Shown here piece after piece: positions 51,140 through 62,032 of a stretch of DNA of 64,000 nucleotides (the stretch's first letter is position 1; every line of letters starts with the position of its first letter). The DNA comes from an uncultured Flavobacteriales bacterium (GTDB lineage Bacteria > Bacteroidota > Bacteroidia > Flavobacteriales > BACL11): positions 13,561-77,560 of the forward strand of contig CAJQRK010000005.1 in assembly GCA_905612305.1 (NCBI GenBank), given 5' to 3'. Below the pieces are notes generated by a model. That model had not been told where the DNA came from, made no database searches, and saw only the letters and a list, made by a program, of their open reading frames with translations. Made by a program: the position numbers and the translations under genes.

Positions 51140-51961
51140 ATGTTGAGAGATACGCTTAAAAAAATGGATACAGAGCTTAAGAAGGAGGTGCAATACACCT
51201 TAGATATTCACGGGATTTCTCATAAGATGAATAATTATATTGGCACGCAAATAAAGATACATTGGAGTGGTGTTGTAATTTGTCAATGTGGAAAAAAAGC
51301 GGATAAGTTTTATCGTTCCGGATATTGCTATAAATGTTATTGGGAATCGCCTTTAGCCTCACAAAGTATTTTTAAACCAGAATTATGTACTGCACATTTG
51401 GGAATTGAAGAGAGAGACTTGGAATGGGAAAAAGAATTTCAAATTGCTCCTCATTATGTGTATTTAGCAAACTCAAGTGGTATTAAAGTTGGTATTACTA
51501 GAGGGTCTCAGGGAGTAGTGAGGTGGATGGATCAAGGAGCAAGTCAAGCAATATTATTAGCTGAAGTGCCTAATAGAAGGTTTTCAGGAGATATTGAAGT
51601 CTCTCTAAAGCGCTTTGTTGCTGATGTAACCAATTGGAGGAAAATGCTTTCAGGAATTCCTGAATCAGTTGATTTAGTAAAAATGAAGGGGGAACTTGCC
51701 GTACATGTCCCTAAAGAGTTGAAACAATATATCTTGCCTAATAATACAGTAACTGAGATTAGATACCCAGTAACACAATATCCAAAAAAAATAAAGAGTG
51801 TGAAATTAGAAAGGACCCCTATTATTGAAGGAGAATTGTTGGGCATCAAAGGGCAATACTTATTGTTGGATGAGGATAGAGTATTTAATATCCGATCGCA
51901 TGAAGGGTTTATCTCAACCTTTTCGCATCAAGAAATTGCTCAGCAAGGCTTGTTATTTTAA
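51140..51961 (+). CDS. DUF2797 family protein
   Basis: CxC, G.CY.C, PELC.AH, PHYVYLANSSGIKVGITR, RWMDQGA, GIKGQYL and N.RSHEG. Confidence 0.85.
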   Translation: MLRDTLKKMDTELKKEVQYTLDIHGISHKMNNYIGTQIKIHWSGVVICQCGKKADKFYRSGYCYKCYWESPLASQSIFKPELCTAHLGIEERDLEWEKEFQIAPHYVYLANSSGIKVGITRGSQGVVRWMDQGASQAILLAEVPNRRFSGDIEVSLKRFVADVTNWRKMLSGIPESVDLVKMKGELAVHVPKELKQYILPNNTVTEIRYPVTQYPKKIKSVKLERTPIIEGELLGIKGQYLLLDEDRVFNIRSHEGFISTFSHQEIAQQGLLF

Positions 51962-53713
51962 TTCCATAATAAAAGGAACTCTCGCCTGAATTCGATCTCC
52001 TTTAAGTAATTCTTTAATTGGCTCAGTCATTTGAGTTGTGAAGCCGAACTTAGATAGAATTAGATCAGAAATACTAGCCTCTCCACTCAGTTTTAAAGCT
52101 AGCTCAGTAAAAGGATCTTTCTTTTTAGGTAAAGATATAATTCTATAATTTTCAATCTTTGCTAAAGAAGCAGCAATATTAATTGCTTTTTCAATACCCC
52201 CATAGGAATCAATTAATCCAATTTCTTTAGCATCATAACCAGCCCATATTCTCCCTTGCCCAATTTCATCTACAGCACTAGTATTCATGCCCCTGCCTTC
52301 TCCGACCTTAGTAATGAAGCCAATATACATATCAGATACACCTTTTTGTAATTTATTTTTCTCAAAAGTTGATAGTGGCCTGTTTATACCCATATCAGCA
52401 TATTTACCTGTATTAACCGTATCAATGGTAATGCCTAATTTATTTTTATAAAATTTACTTAGGTTAGGAATCATCCCAAATACACCGATTGATCCTGTTA
52501 GTGTTGTCGGATTAGCCACTATACTGTCAGCAGCACAGGCAATATAATACCCTCCACTTGCAGCATAATCACCCATTGAAACAACTAAGGGTTTTTCAGC
52601 TTTTGCTAAAATAGTTTCTCGCCAAATTACATCTGATGCTAAGGCACTTCCACCTGGAGAGTTTATTCTAAGGACAATGGCTTTTACATTTTTATCTTCT
52701 CTGGCTTTTTTTATTGCTGCAGAAGTACTTATTGAACCTATACTTTTCTCATCACCTCTCCCTGAGTTAATAGAGCCTGTTGCGTAAATAATAGCAATTT
52801 TATTTCTACTAATTTCTTTCTTTTTGCCTTTTACGTGTGTGTATTTGCTTAAAGTTATAATCGATAATTTTTCTGATCCCGTTAAAGCTTTTAAGTTGTT
52901 TTCTAATTGATCTTGATACAAAAGCGCATCTACATACTTATAGTCAACACAAGATTTTGCATTTTCAAGAATTAAAGTATTAGCATGTTGCTGTACCTCT
53001 GTTAAAGTTAATCCCCTTTGATTAGCAATACTATCCATAATATTGTCTGCAAAAGAATTGAGCAATAATTGCATTTGTTCTCTATTAGCAACACTTATTT
53101 TATCTAAGATAAAGGGTTCAACGGCACCTTTGAATTTCCCATGACGTATTATCTGGACATCTACATCTAATTTCTCTAGTAAACCTTTATAGAACATAAT
53201 ACTTGCGGATAATCCTTTTATTTCTATTATGCCTTTAGGGTTTAAATATATCTTATTTGCTACTGATGAGAGATAATAAGCCGCTTGACTATATACTTCT
53301 GAGTAAGCAATTATGGGCTTTCCAGTTTGTTTAAATTCTAGTAGTTTATTTCTAATCTCTTCTGTTTGTGATATGCCTGCATTTACAAAAGAGGTGTTGA
53401 TATATATAGCTTTAATTTTCTCGTCTGTTTTTGCTTTTTCAATGTTATCTAACACTTGTTTTAAAGAGATAGTTTTAGCAATATCTCCTGAGAAGTTTAG
53501 GCCATCAAATGGATTTTCTGAGGTTCTTTCTACTACTGATGTCTCAGAAAGATTGATATTTAAAATACTATTTTCCTTAACGATAACTTCATCTTCATTA
53601 TTTATTGAGGAAATACTTAGGCTAATAATTCCAATAAAGAGTAACGTAATTACAATTACTGATAATACCATTCCAATAATGGTAGACAATACATTTTTAA
53701 AAAAGGATTTCAT
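51953..53713 (-). CDS. sppA: Signal peptide peptidase SppA (67K type)
   Basis: Tandem S49 domains, RINSPGGSA, SMGDYAASGGY, TGSIGV and GQGRIW. Confidence 0.96.
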   Translation of the reverse strand: MKSFFKNVLSTIIGMVLSVIVITLLFIGIISLSISSINNEDEVIVKENSILNINLSETSVVERTSENPFDGLNFSGDIAKTISLKQVLDNIEKAKTDEKIKAIYINTSFVNAGISQTEEIRNKLLEFKQTGKPIIAYSEVYSQAAYYLSSVANKIYLNPKGIIEIKGLSASIMFYKGLLEKLDVDVQIIRHGKFKGAVEPFILDKISVANREQMQLLLNSFADNIMDSIANQRGLTLTEVQQHANTLILENAKSCVDYKYVDALLYQDQLENNLKALTGSEKLSIITLSKYTHVKGKKKEISRNKIAIIYATGSINSGRGDEKSIGSISTSAAIKKAREDKNVKAIVLRINSPGGSALASDVIWRETILAKAEKPLVVSMGDYAASGGYYIACAADSIVANPTTLTGSIGVFGMIPNLSKFYKNKLGITIDTVNTGKYADMGINRPLSTFEKNKLQKGVSDMYIGFITKVGEGRGMNTSAVDEIGQGRIWAGYDAKEIGLIDSYGGIEKAINIAASLAKIENYRIISLPKKKDPFTELALKLSGEASISDLILSKFGFTTQMTEPIKELLKGDRIQARVPFIMELK

Positions 53714-53801
53714 ATAGGTATTTTTAGAATTGACAAAAATAAGAAATTTTAAAGAGACATTTTATAGTTTCTTCCTATATTTGATGACTTTAAAGTTAAA
53801 T

Positions 53802-54287
53802 ATGAATATAGTTTTTTTACAATTAGGAAGTAATTTGGGAGATAGAGAGTTGTTATTGCAGGGCGCCATTGTTGCTATTGAGGAAAGAGTAGGGGGATTG
53901 GTTATAAAATCAAAAGTGTATGAAAGTGTGCCTTGGAGAGTGGAGGGGCAAGAAAACTATTTAAATCAGATTTTAAAAGTAAAAACTGAACTTCAGGCGG
54001 ATGATGTGTTATCGATTATATTGGATATTGAAAAGAATTTAGGCAGGCTAAGACTGGAAAAATGGGGCGAACGCTTAATTGATATTGATATTATTTTTTA
54101 TAATGATTCTATTATTGAAACTGCAGAATTATGTGTTCCGCATAAGCACATGCATGAACGCATGTTTGTATTGACTCCACTACATAATATTGCGCCTGAA
54201 ATGATGCACCCAAAATATAATAAAACGGTAGATGAATTATTTCAAATCTGTACGGATAAAGAGCTGGTAATAGAATATGCAGTATAA
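53802..54287 (+). CDS. folK: 2-amino-4-hydroxy-6-hydroxymethyldihydropteridine pyrophosphokinase
   Basis: LGSNLGDR, YLNQ, W.ER.IDIDII and PH..MHER.FVL.PL; ATG 53802 preferred. Confidence 0.95.
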   Translation: MNIVFLQLGSNLGDRELLLQGAIVAIEERVGGLVIKSKVYESVPWRVEGQENYLNQILKVKTELQADDVLSIILDIEKNLGRLRLEKWGERLIDIDIIFYNDSIIETAELCVPHKHMHERMFVLTPLHNIAPEMMHPKYNKTVDELFQICTDKELVIEYAV

Positions 54288-54921
54288 ATTTGTAGTTATA
54301 GAAGGGAATATTGGTGCAGGTAAAACTACTTTGGCCACTATGCTGGCAAAGGACTATAATGCACGCTTAGTATTGGAAAATTTTAAGGAGAATCCTTTTT
54401 TGCCCAAATTTTATAAGGACCCTGAAAAACATGCCTTTCCATTGGAACTTTTTTTTATGGCAGAAAGGTATCATCAACTCAAAAAACAAAAAGAGCAAGA
54501 TTTATTTCAGCCGATTTCCATTGCTGATTATTTCTTTGTAAAGTCAAAGTTATTTGCCCAAAACAATTTGCAGAAAGATGAAAAACAGTTGTTTAATAGC
54601 TTGTTTGATATTATGCTTTCTTCTTTGCCAAAACCTGATTTGTTGGTGTACTTGTATGCTGATGTTAGTCGTTTACAATTGAACATTAAAAAAAGAGGAA
54701 GATGCTTTGAACAGAAAATTACAAATGAATATTTACAAAATATTCAAGATAGATATTTGGATTATTTGAGAAAGCAAACCTATTTTCCAGTTTTACTTCT
54801 TGATATATCTAATGTTGATTTTAAAGAAGATGAAAGAGTTTATGAAACAATTAGTGTCTTGCTAGACAAAACTTATGTGATAGGTGTGCATCAATTCAAC
54901 TTAGCTGAGCCAATGTTGTAA
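54277..54921 (+). CDS. Deoxynucleoside kinase (second paralog)
   Basis: EGNIGAGKTT, NPFLPKFY, ELFFMAERY, ADY, PDLLVYL and KRGR.FE. Confidence 0.9.
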   Translation: MQYKFVVIEGNIGAGKTTLATMLAKDYNARLVLENFKENPFLPKFYKDPEKHAFPLELFFMAERYHQLKKQKEQDLFQPISIADYFFVKSKLFAQNNLQKDEKQLFNSLFDIMLSSLPKPDLLVYLYADVSRLQLNIKKRGRCFEQKITNEYLQNIQDRYLDYLRKQTYFPVLLLDISNVDFKEDERVYETISVLLDKTYVIGVHQFNLAEPML

Positions 54922-55803
54922 ATCTTTTCCGATAAGCTTTTCTAGCGTTAATATATCTTCTTTATAAATTTTTTGAGTAAGTTGTTTGGATACTTCTTTA
55001 CTTAAAGGTTCGGCTTTTTTATAAGCTGATTTAAATAAGAATTGAATAATAAAAGCAGGTAGATAACTGCTGAATTGAATGTTTGGGATTAAATTATAAT
55101 ACCTGAGTTTCATTATTAGCCACCCAAATATTCCTTTAGGCGTTCCTGAAACATTTGCTTTTTTACTTGTGTCAGGAATAAAAGTGTTATCTACATTTAG
55201 GAATTCAAAAATCTCCTGAGATGTTTCAATAGGATTTCTTACAAGCTCTTCAAATAATAAAATTTTTATATTGTCTTTTGGGAATAAACTATAGTAGCGT
55301 TCCAATTGCTCGGAATAATAACCTTTGTTCTTATAGTAGTATAGCGTACTCCAATTTTCAGCTTTGCGTTCTTCTTGCTTGTTGAAAGCAATCTCAAAAT
55401 CAGAAATTGGTTCTCGGTCAGCTCTTCTAGCATGTAAAAAATTAGAATAAGCACGCTCAACAGGCTGTCTGAGTACAGCAATAATTTTTGTCTCAGGAAG
55501 ATATTTGCGAATTAATTGTGGGCAATCTTCATTAGAAATATAAGACGGAGAAGCCTCTCCAATCGCTTTTTCATTTTTTACAGCATCAAAAAGAGCGTAG
55601 TACTGATCAAAAGTAGTTATTTTTTTTGTTTTCCTGCCATGGACTTTAAAATCATTAGCTTTTTGAAAATTATTAAAAAACATTGGTTCTTTATTAGCAG
55701 TCATAAAGATATCTGGATGTTGCTTTAAGTAGGTGTATAATGAAGTAGTTGCTGCCTTCATAGCACCGATAATAATAAAGTTAGGATGGGTTTTTTGTTT
55801 CAT
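54901..55803 (-). CDS. PAPS-dependent sulfotransferase
   Basis: PNFIIIGAMKAATTSL 5'-PSB loop, KEP.FF, GEASP.Y and LRQPVERAYS 3'-PB motif. Confidence 0.92.
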   Translation of the reverse strand: MKQKTHPNFIIIGAMKAATTSLYTYLKQHPDIFMTANKEPMFFNNFQKANDFKVHGRKTKKITTFDQYYALFDAVKNEKAIGEASPSYISNEDCPQLIRKYLPETKIIAVLRQPVERAYSNFLHARRADREPISDFEIAFNKQEERKAENWSTLYYYKNKGYYSEQLERYYSLFPKDNIKILLFEELVRNPIETSQEIFEFLNVDNTFIPDTSKKANVSGTPKGIFGWLIMKLRYYNLIPNIQFSSYLPAFIIQFLFKSAYKKAEPLSKEVSKQLTQKIYKEDILTLEKLIGKDLQHWLS

Positions 55804-55806
55804 GAT

Positions 55807-55840
55807 AAAAAAATAAGCTCTTCTTTTGGAAGAGCTTATT
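55807..55840 (-). terminator. Terminator after the TPR lipoprotein
   Basis: AATAAGCTCTTC/GAAGAGCTTATT 12-bp stem with T-tract on the minus strand. Confidence 0.8.
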
Positions 55841-55864
55841 GTAGTTATATGTTAAGAGCCTTTT

Positions 55865-57529
55865 TTATTTTGTTAAAGCAATAAAAGATTTATTTGTTCG
55901 TAGGCTTACAAATTCTAAATCAATACTAGCTTCTGCTTTGTAGTTTGCATTTGCAGTAATAGCATTTTTTAAGTAGCCAATTGCATTATCATTATTTTCT
56001 GATCTGGCAGCGGCAATTGCATTTAAGTAATGACAAGCTGCAGTGCCCTCATTACAATTGATGTTGTTTTTTCCATTCATCAACTGAGCTAAAGCCGCAT
56101 TGTGCGATTTGCCATTTTTAAAGAATCTTGCCGCTTTTTTATATTCACCTTGTCTGATATCTAAAGTAGCTTGATTCAATTCAGAAGCATTAGCTTGATC
56201 AAATAATTTTTGTGCTTTTGCTAATTGCCCTCTTCTTGCAGCAACAATACCTTTGTTGTTAAGAATATCAGCTTGCGCACCTCCTAAAGCTTCTGCTTTT
56301 TCAAGATAAAGCATAGTTTCGCTTAAATCCCCGTCCGCCAAATGCATGCTAGCGATATTATTATATCCCCTCCAATCATTATGCAATTCAACTACTTTAT
56401 TGTAGATTCCTTCTTTTATAGTTGTGTTAGTAGCTAAAGTTGCTGAAAATAATAATTCTTTTACATCTAATACTTCAGGCGTAGTAGTTGATAAAGCAGC
56501 AATTTCTACGTCAGTTCTTTTTGATTCAAATGAACGAATTATAATAACTGCCTTTCTTAGTTGTGGTAATATATCATCCTCAAGGGCATCATAAATTTCA
56601 GCTAAGTCTCTAATTTGTTGTTCTCGTATTTCTACATCTTCTACTGCATTTACAATATTATTAATTCTTCTTTTGTCCTTAATGCCAGAAGCTTGAACTA
56701 AAGATTCGAATCCCTCCCAGTCTTCACCTAATGAAGTTTCAGTATATAGTTCATTGTTGCCTGCACCATCAACTTTTAAAGAACGTAATAATGTTTTTGT
56801 ATAGCTTAATGTGCTTTTCATTCTGTTATCAGACACATTATCATTTGTGTTTACTGATCCTTCTGGAGAAGCAAAAGATTTAATTTCAATAGAATGAGTT
56901 ATGTATCCATTTTTTACGAATTCTTTTAATTTTCTGATATTAGCATCACTTTTTTCAGTTGTTCTGATGTTAGATTGATTAACTAAAAAGTAGATAGTAG
57001 CAGTCTCTTCCAAAATTGTTTCATGCTCGTATCCGTGATTGGTGTTAGCAATATTTTCATTATCTAATACTCTTGTTGCCGTAGCAAGCACTCCATTAGC
57101 AATTGTTTTTGGCCCTAATACTTTTTCTTTCCCCTTTTCTTTAGCAGTAGCTCTTAATTCTAAAGTAGAATTCATCATATCGCTATTATATTCAATAGCA
57201 TCTTGATATTTAAAATTCCCACCTGTAGAATAAAAGATAGTTGCCTCTCCTCCAGTCGCTTCTTCACCTTGTATTGTTATTGTTTTAAAAGCAGTTTCTC
57301 CATTATTATATACAAGTACAGGAGTAAAATCAACAGTTACTTGTTTCGCGAAGTATTTTGCTGCAAATGAAGCATCTAATGATAATGCAACTTTACCACC
57401 ATGTGCTTGTAAAGTTGGCGGAGTAGTTGTAAAATTAACTGTCTCGTATTTACCAGCCATTTGATCTAGCCCGCAACCACTTAACATAAGTACTGCTACT
57501 ATTACATAAAAGATTTTTGAATTCCTCAT
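55865..57529 (-). CDS. Lipoprotein with OmpA-like domain and C-terminal TPR repeats
   Basis: Lipobox LSG-C; SFASPEG...N and GEDW OmpA-like motifs; TPR helices (DWRGYNN, ILNNKG); -7 box at 57564-71. Confidence 0.8.
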   Translation of the reverse strand: MRNSKIFYVIVAVLMLSGCGLDQMAGKYETVNFTTTPPTLQAHGGKVALSLDASFAAKYFAKQVTVDFTPVLVYNNGETAFKTITIQGEEATGGEATIFYSTGGNFKYQDAIEYNSDMMNSTLELRATAKEKGKEKVLGPKTIANGVLATATRVLDNENIANTNHGYEHETILEETATIYFLVNQSNIRTTEKSDANIRKLKEFVKNGYITHSIEIKSFASPEGSVNTNDNVSDNRMKSTLSYTKTLLRSLKVDGAGNNELYTETSLGEDWEGFESLVQASGIKDKRRINNIVNAVEDVEIREQQIRDLAEIYDALEDDILPQLRKAVIIIRSFESKRTDVEIAALSTTTPEVLDVKELLFSATLATNTTIKEGIYNKVVELHNDWRGYNNIASMHLADGDLSETMLYLEKAEALGGAQADILNNKGIVAARRGQLAKAQKLFDQANASELNQATLDIRQGEYKKAARFFKNGKSHNAALAQLMNGKNNINCNEGTAACHYLNAIAAARSENNDNAIGYLKNAITANANYKAEASIDLEFVSLRTNKSFIALTK

Positions 57530-57650
57530 TTATTTTGTTTTTTTGATTGGTCTATAATTGTCGCAAATGTAAAAAATATTAAAGCTTAATAGATGAAAAC
57601 GGGTTCTTTTTTCATATTAATTATTAGTAATTAAATAAAAAAGAAAACAA

Positions 57651-58574
57651 TTGATTAGATTTGCTAAATTATTAATGAACCTCATGAAAACGACAATCAG
57701 CTTATTTTTTCTTTTGATATTTTGTTCAAATACTATTATTGGACAAGAGAATTCAATATATGATGCAATTAAAGAAAAGCAAATTATTGACACTTCTTCT
57801 GCATTAGATATTTCAACATCTGAGGCATTGAATAATAATTTAGTAACATTTACACACATAAAGAAAAAATCTATTTCAAAGTTTTTTTTAAATAATTTAA
57901 GTTTAGGTGTTAGTTATGGAATTAGTGAATTTAAAGGAGATATTAAGCAGGATGGATTTAGTAATCCTGATAACATGAATATCGCATACAATTTTCGACT
58001 TACTAAGAAAATAAATAATTTAATTTCTATTTCTTCAGAAGTTTTATTTGGAGTTTTGAATGGAAGCAAAAAAAATGAAAGTTATTTAATTTCCGAGACA
58101 CAATCTACTGAAGCATATGATCCGTATGATCGCTATGAAAAATTAGGAGAAGACTTTACTGCTGATTTTTTTGAGCTTGATTTAATCACAAGCATTAATC
58201 TAGAGAGTGTCTTAAAGCATTATTATTCTAAATACTCAGACAATAATCGTTTTGATATTTGTTATAATATTGGGCTGGGTATTACATCTTTTAAGAGTAT
58301 TAAACGAAATAATGAATCTAATACTTATATATATGGTTATGGATATAAAGATTTAGAAGAAGAATACGAAAGTGCTAAAGCTTTTTTTGAGAGACCAAAA
58401 GCAAGAGTTATAAGTTATGGTTATAGTGTTAGTTATTTGATAAATTCTAGAATAAAATGTAAATTACTTTTTTTAGGAAAATTAGCTGATACAGATTTTT
58501 TAGATTCATCTTTAATGAATCAGCAAAATGATAAGTTTCGTCATATCTCTTTGGGTTTAGATTATGCATTCTAG
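57651..58574 (+). CDS. Hypothetical outer-membrane beta-barrel protein
   Basis: Signal peptide (likely start 57674 or 57683); G.S.F.GDI motif; C-terminal ISLGLDYAF. Confidence 0.6.
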   Translation: MIRFAKLLMNLMKTTISLFFLLIFCSNTIIGQENSIYDAIKEKQIIDTSSALDISTSEALNNNLVTFTHIKKKSISKFFLNNLSLGVSYGISEFKGDIKQDGFSNPDNMNIAYNFRLTKKINNLISISSEVLFGVLNGSKKNESYLISETQSTEAYDPYDRYEKLGEDFTADFFELDLITSINLESVLKHYYSKYSDNNRFDICYNIGLGITSFKSIKRNNESNTYIYGYGYKDLEEEYESAKAFFERPKARVISYGYSVSYLINSRIKCKLLFLGKLADTDFLDSSLMNQQNDKFRHISLGLDYAF

Positions 58575-58585
58575 ATGTTTGAATA

Positions 58586-59116
58586 TTAATGAGAGTTAAT
58601 TTTCTTCCATAATTCCCAGATAACAATTCCGAAAGTAACTGAAATATTTAAGGAATGTTTGGTTCCGAATTGGGGTATTTCAATCACCTCATTACACATA
58701 TTTATAACTTCTTGAGCAACTCCATTAACTTCATTACCCATAATAATTGCAATTTGTTTTTTTGGTAAGCTAATATCATTCAGCATGGTCGATTTATCAG
58801 CTTGTTCAACGCCAATAACGTGATAGCCTTCAGTTTTTAATTTTTTTACAGCATCAATAGTATTTTTAGAAAATTCCCATTTAACAGAAGCAGTTGCTCC
58901 TAGTGCAGATTTACGAATTTCTTTGTCAGGAGGAGTTGCTGTAATTCCACATAAGATAATATTTTCAATTAAAAACGCATCAGAAGTACGGAATATTGAA
59001 CCTACATTTATGGCACTTCTTACATTGTCAAGGACAATAGTGATGGGTGTTTTTGTAGCACGCTTAAACTCTTCAATATTTATTCTTTCTAATTCATTGT
59101 TTTTTAACTTTCTCAT
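58586..59116 (-). CDS. TrmH/SpoU family RNA 2'-O-methyltransferase
   Basis: [24 protein letters not shown] and [13 protein letters not shown]. Confidence 0.93.
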   Translation of the reverse strand: MRKLKNNELERINIEEFKRATKTPITIVLDNVRSAINVGSIFRTSDAFLIENIILCGITATPPDKEIRKSALGATASVKWEFSKNTIDAVKKLKTEGYHVIGVEQADKSTMLNDISLPKKQIAIIMGNEVNGVAQEVINMCNEVIEIPQFGTKHSLNISVTFGIVIWELWKKINSH

Positions 59117-59151
59117 CTCTTATATTTGTTGCGAAATTAAAGAATAAATTT

Positions 59152-61752
59152 TTGGCATTAAAGAATAAAAAAGAAAAAAAAATTACTCCCTTGATGGGGC
59201 AGTATAATGCAATAAAAACTAAGCATCCAGGGGCGTTGTTGTTGTTTAGGGTTGGCGATTTTTATGAAACTTTTGGTCAGGATGCTATAAAAGCATCAAG
59301 GATATTAGGCGTAGTGCTCACTGCTAGAAATAATGGTGATTCAAAGATTGAGTTAGCAGGTTTTCCACATCATTCCTTAGATACTTATTTACCTAAGTTG
59401 GTTAGGGCAGGAGAACGAGTTGCTATTTGTGATCAGTTAGAAGATCCGAAATCAGCAAAAGGAATTGTAAAAAGAGGTGTGACTGAATTGGTTACGCCAG
59501 GAGTTTCTTACAATGAATTAACTCTGGAAACAAAAAAGAATAACTTTTTGGCAGCTATTTTTTATGGCAAGAAAAATGTTGGGGTTTCTTTCTTGGATAT
59601 TTCAACTGGAGAGTTTTTAGTTGCGCAAGGTTGTGTTGGCTATATAGATAAGCTATTGCAAAGTTTGAGTCCTTCTGAGGTGATATATCAGAAAAATAAA
59701 AGACGAAAATTTGAAGAAGATTTTGGTACTTCATTTTATACATATCGCTTAGATGATTGGGCGTTTTCTGCAGATTATACCAATGAATTATTGCATAAAC
59801 AATTTGATACAAAATCCTTAAAAGGTTTTGGTATTTCTGAATTAGAAGCAGGAATTATTGCAGCTGGAGTTGCCTTGCATTATTTAAATGAAACACAGCA
59901 TAATCAAACCAAGCACATATTGGGAGTATCACGCATTGAAGAAGATAAATATGTGTGGATGGATCGTTTTACTATCAGAAATTTGGAATTATTTTACTCG
60001 CCAAATGAAGGGGCAAAAACATTGATTGATGTATTAGATGACACAAAATCGTCAATGGGAAGTAGGATGCTAAAAAGGTGGTTAGCCCTACCTCTTAAAA
60101 ACAAAAATCAAATAAGTGAACGTCATAATATAGTAGAACAAATTCTTACTGACGAAGAATTATCAGCTGTACTTTCAGATGAAATAAGCAAGATAGGAGA
60201 TTTAGAAAGATTGATTTCAAAAGTAGCAACTTTTCGGATAAACCCAAGAGAATGCTCCCGATTGAAAGATGCTTTAATTGCTTTGAAACCAATAAAAGAA
60301 ATTTGTATTACATCAGGAAAGGCATTAAAGAATCTTACTAATAAAATAAATACTTGTGACTTTATAAAAGATAGAATTGAAAGAGAACTAAGTGATAATC
60401 CTCCTATGCTTATGCATAAAGGAAATGTGATAAAACAGGGGGTAAATGCTGAATTAGATGACTTACGGTCTATCCAAAATTTAGGAAAAGAATATCTGGA
60501 TGAAATGTTGAAACGAGAGATTGAAAGAACAGGGATTACTTCTTTAAAAATATCATTTAATAATGTGTTTGGCTATTATTTGGAAGTGCGTAATCGCTTT
60601 AAAGATCAGGTGCCAGAACAGTGGATAAGAAAGCAAACCTTAGTAAGTGCTGAGCGTTATATTACGGAAGAATTAAAAGAATACGAACATAAGATATTAA
60701 GTGCTCAAGGAAAAATTTCGGAGATTGAAACTCGTTTGTTTGCTGACTTAATTGAGGCTATTTCAGTACATATTGAATCCATACAATTAAATGCTTTTGT
60801 GGTGTCGCAATTGGATTGCTTATTATCATTTTCAAGTATTGCAAAAAAGAATAATTATGCCAAACCTAGTGTAAATAATAGCGCAGATTTAGTGATAAAA
60901 CAATCTAGGCACCCAGTAATAGAACAGCAATTGGAAATGGGCGAGCCTTACATTCCTAATGATGTAACTTTAAATAGAGAAAAGCAACAAATAATGATGA
61001 TTACTGGACCGAATATGTCGGGTAAATCAGCCCTTTTAAGACAAACTGCTCTTATTGTTTTGATGGCACAAATAGGTAGTTTTGTTCCTGCAAAGTCAGC
61101 AGAAATTGGTTTGGTAGATAAGATATTTACGCGGGTAGGGGCCTCTGATAATATTTCAATGGGAGAATCTACTTTTATGGTAGAGATGAACGAAACGGCT
61201 AGTATATTGAATAATTTATCGGAAAATAGTTTAATACTTCTTGATGAGATAGGAAGAGGGACAAGTACTTATGACGGAGTCTCTATTGCATGGGCAATTG
61301 CTGAATATTTGCATGAGCACCCAACAAAATCAAAGACATTATTTGCAACCCATTATCATGAGCTGAATGAGATGACGGAGCTGTTTGATAGGATAAAGAA
61401 TTATAATGTATCGGTAAAAGAAAGTGGAAAAAATATCATTTTTATTAGAATCTTAAAAGAGGGAGGGAGTGAGCATAGTTTTGGAATACATGTTGCGAAA
61501 ATGGCAGGGATGCCAAAGCAAATTGTAAAAAAAGCAGAGAAAATTTTGAAACAATTAGAAGCATTGAGAGGAGCCTCAAAAAACACAAAAGTAATTACTG
61601 AGGAGGATGATATGCAATTGAGTTTTTTTAAGCTGGATGATCCTATTTTGGAAGAAATCAGAGATGACATAACTAATTTGGATATCAACACGTTAACACC
61701 TGTTGAAGCACTTATGAAATTGAATGAAATAAAAAAACTATTAGGAAAGTAG
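59152..61752 (+). CDS. mutS: DNA mismatch repair protein MutS
   Basis: [41 protein letters not shown] and ATHYHEL; TTG start. Confidence 0.98.
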   Translation: MALKNKKEKKITPLMGQYNAIKTKHPGALLLFRVGDFYETFGQDAIKASRILGVVLTARNNGDSKIELAGFPHHSLDTYLPKLVRAGERVAICDQLEDPKSAKGIVKRGVTELVTPGVSYNELTLETKKNNFLAAIFYGKKNVGVSFLDISTGEFLVAQGCVGYIDKLLQSLSPSEVIYQKNKRRKFEEDFGTSFYTYRLDDWAFSADYTNELLHKQFDTKSLKGFGISELEAGIIAAGVALHYLNETQHNQTKHILGVSRIEEDKYVWMDRFTIRNLELFYSPNEGAKTLIDVLDDTKSSMGSRMLKRWLALPLKNKNQISERHNIVEQILTDEELSAVLSDEISKIGDLERLISKVATFRINPRECSRLKDALIALKPIKEICITSGKALKNLTNKINTCDFIKDRIERELSDNPPMLMHKGNVIKQGVNAELDDLRSIQNLGKEYLDEMLKREIERTGITSLKISFNNVFGYYLEVRNRFKDQVPEQWIRKQTLVSAERYITEELKEYEHKILSAQGKISEIETRLFADLIEAISVHIESIQLNAFVVSQLDCLLSFSSIAKKNNYAKPSVNNSADLVIKQSRHPVIEQQLEMGEPYIPNDVTLNREKQQIMMITGPNMSGKSALLRQTALIVLMAQIGSFVPAKSAEIGLVDKIFTRVGASDNISMGESTFMVEMNETASILNNLSENSLILLDEIGRGTSTYDGVSIAWAIAEYLHEHPTKSKTLFATHYHELNEMTELFDRIKNYNVSVKESGKNIIFIRILKEGGSEHSFGIHVAKMAGMPKQIVKKAEKILKQLEALRGASKNTKVITEEDDMQLSFFKLDDPILEEIRDDITNLDINTLTPVEALMKLNEIKKLLGK

Positions 61753-61801
61753 TTTTTGATTTTGCTGTATTGAATATTTAGTTAAATTTGCTGTCCTTAA
61801 T

Positions 61802-61873
61802 GCGAGTGTAGCTCAGGGGTAGAGCATCACCTTGCCAAGGTGGGGGTCGTGAGTTCGAATCTCATCACTCGCT
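61802..61873 (+). tRNA. tRNA-Gly (anticodon GCC)
   Basis: GCGAGTG/CACTCGC acceptor, CACC-TTGCCAA-GGTG anticodon arm, GTTCGAA; -7 box at 61783-90. Confidence 0.97.
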
Positions 61874-61898
61874 CAAGAAAAGCCATTTAAACAACCCA

Positions 61899-61982
61899 GC
61901 CCGGGTGGTGGAATTGGTAGACACGTTGGACTTAAAATCCAATGAACGTAAGTTCGTACGGGTTCAAGTCCCGTCCCGGGTA
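61899..61982 (+). tRNA. tRNA-Leu (anticodon TAA)
   Basis: GCCCGGG/CCCGGGT acceptor, TTGGA-CTTAAAA-TCCAA, long variable arm, GTTCAAG. Confidence 0.97.
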
Positions 61983-61987
61983 CATAG

Positions 61988-62020
61988 CGGGAGGTTATTG
62001 AAAGATAGCCTCTCGTTTTT
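61988..62020 (+). terminator. Terminator after the tRNA pair
   Basis: CGGGAGGTTAT/ATAGCCTCTCG stem plus T-run. Confidence 0.75.
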
Positions 62021-62032
62021 GTTTCTGAGTTT

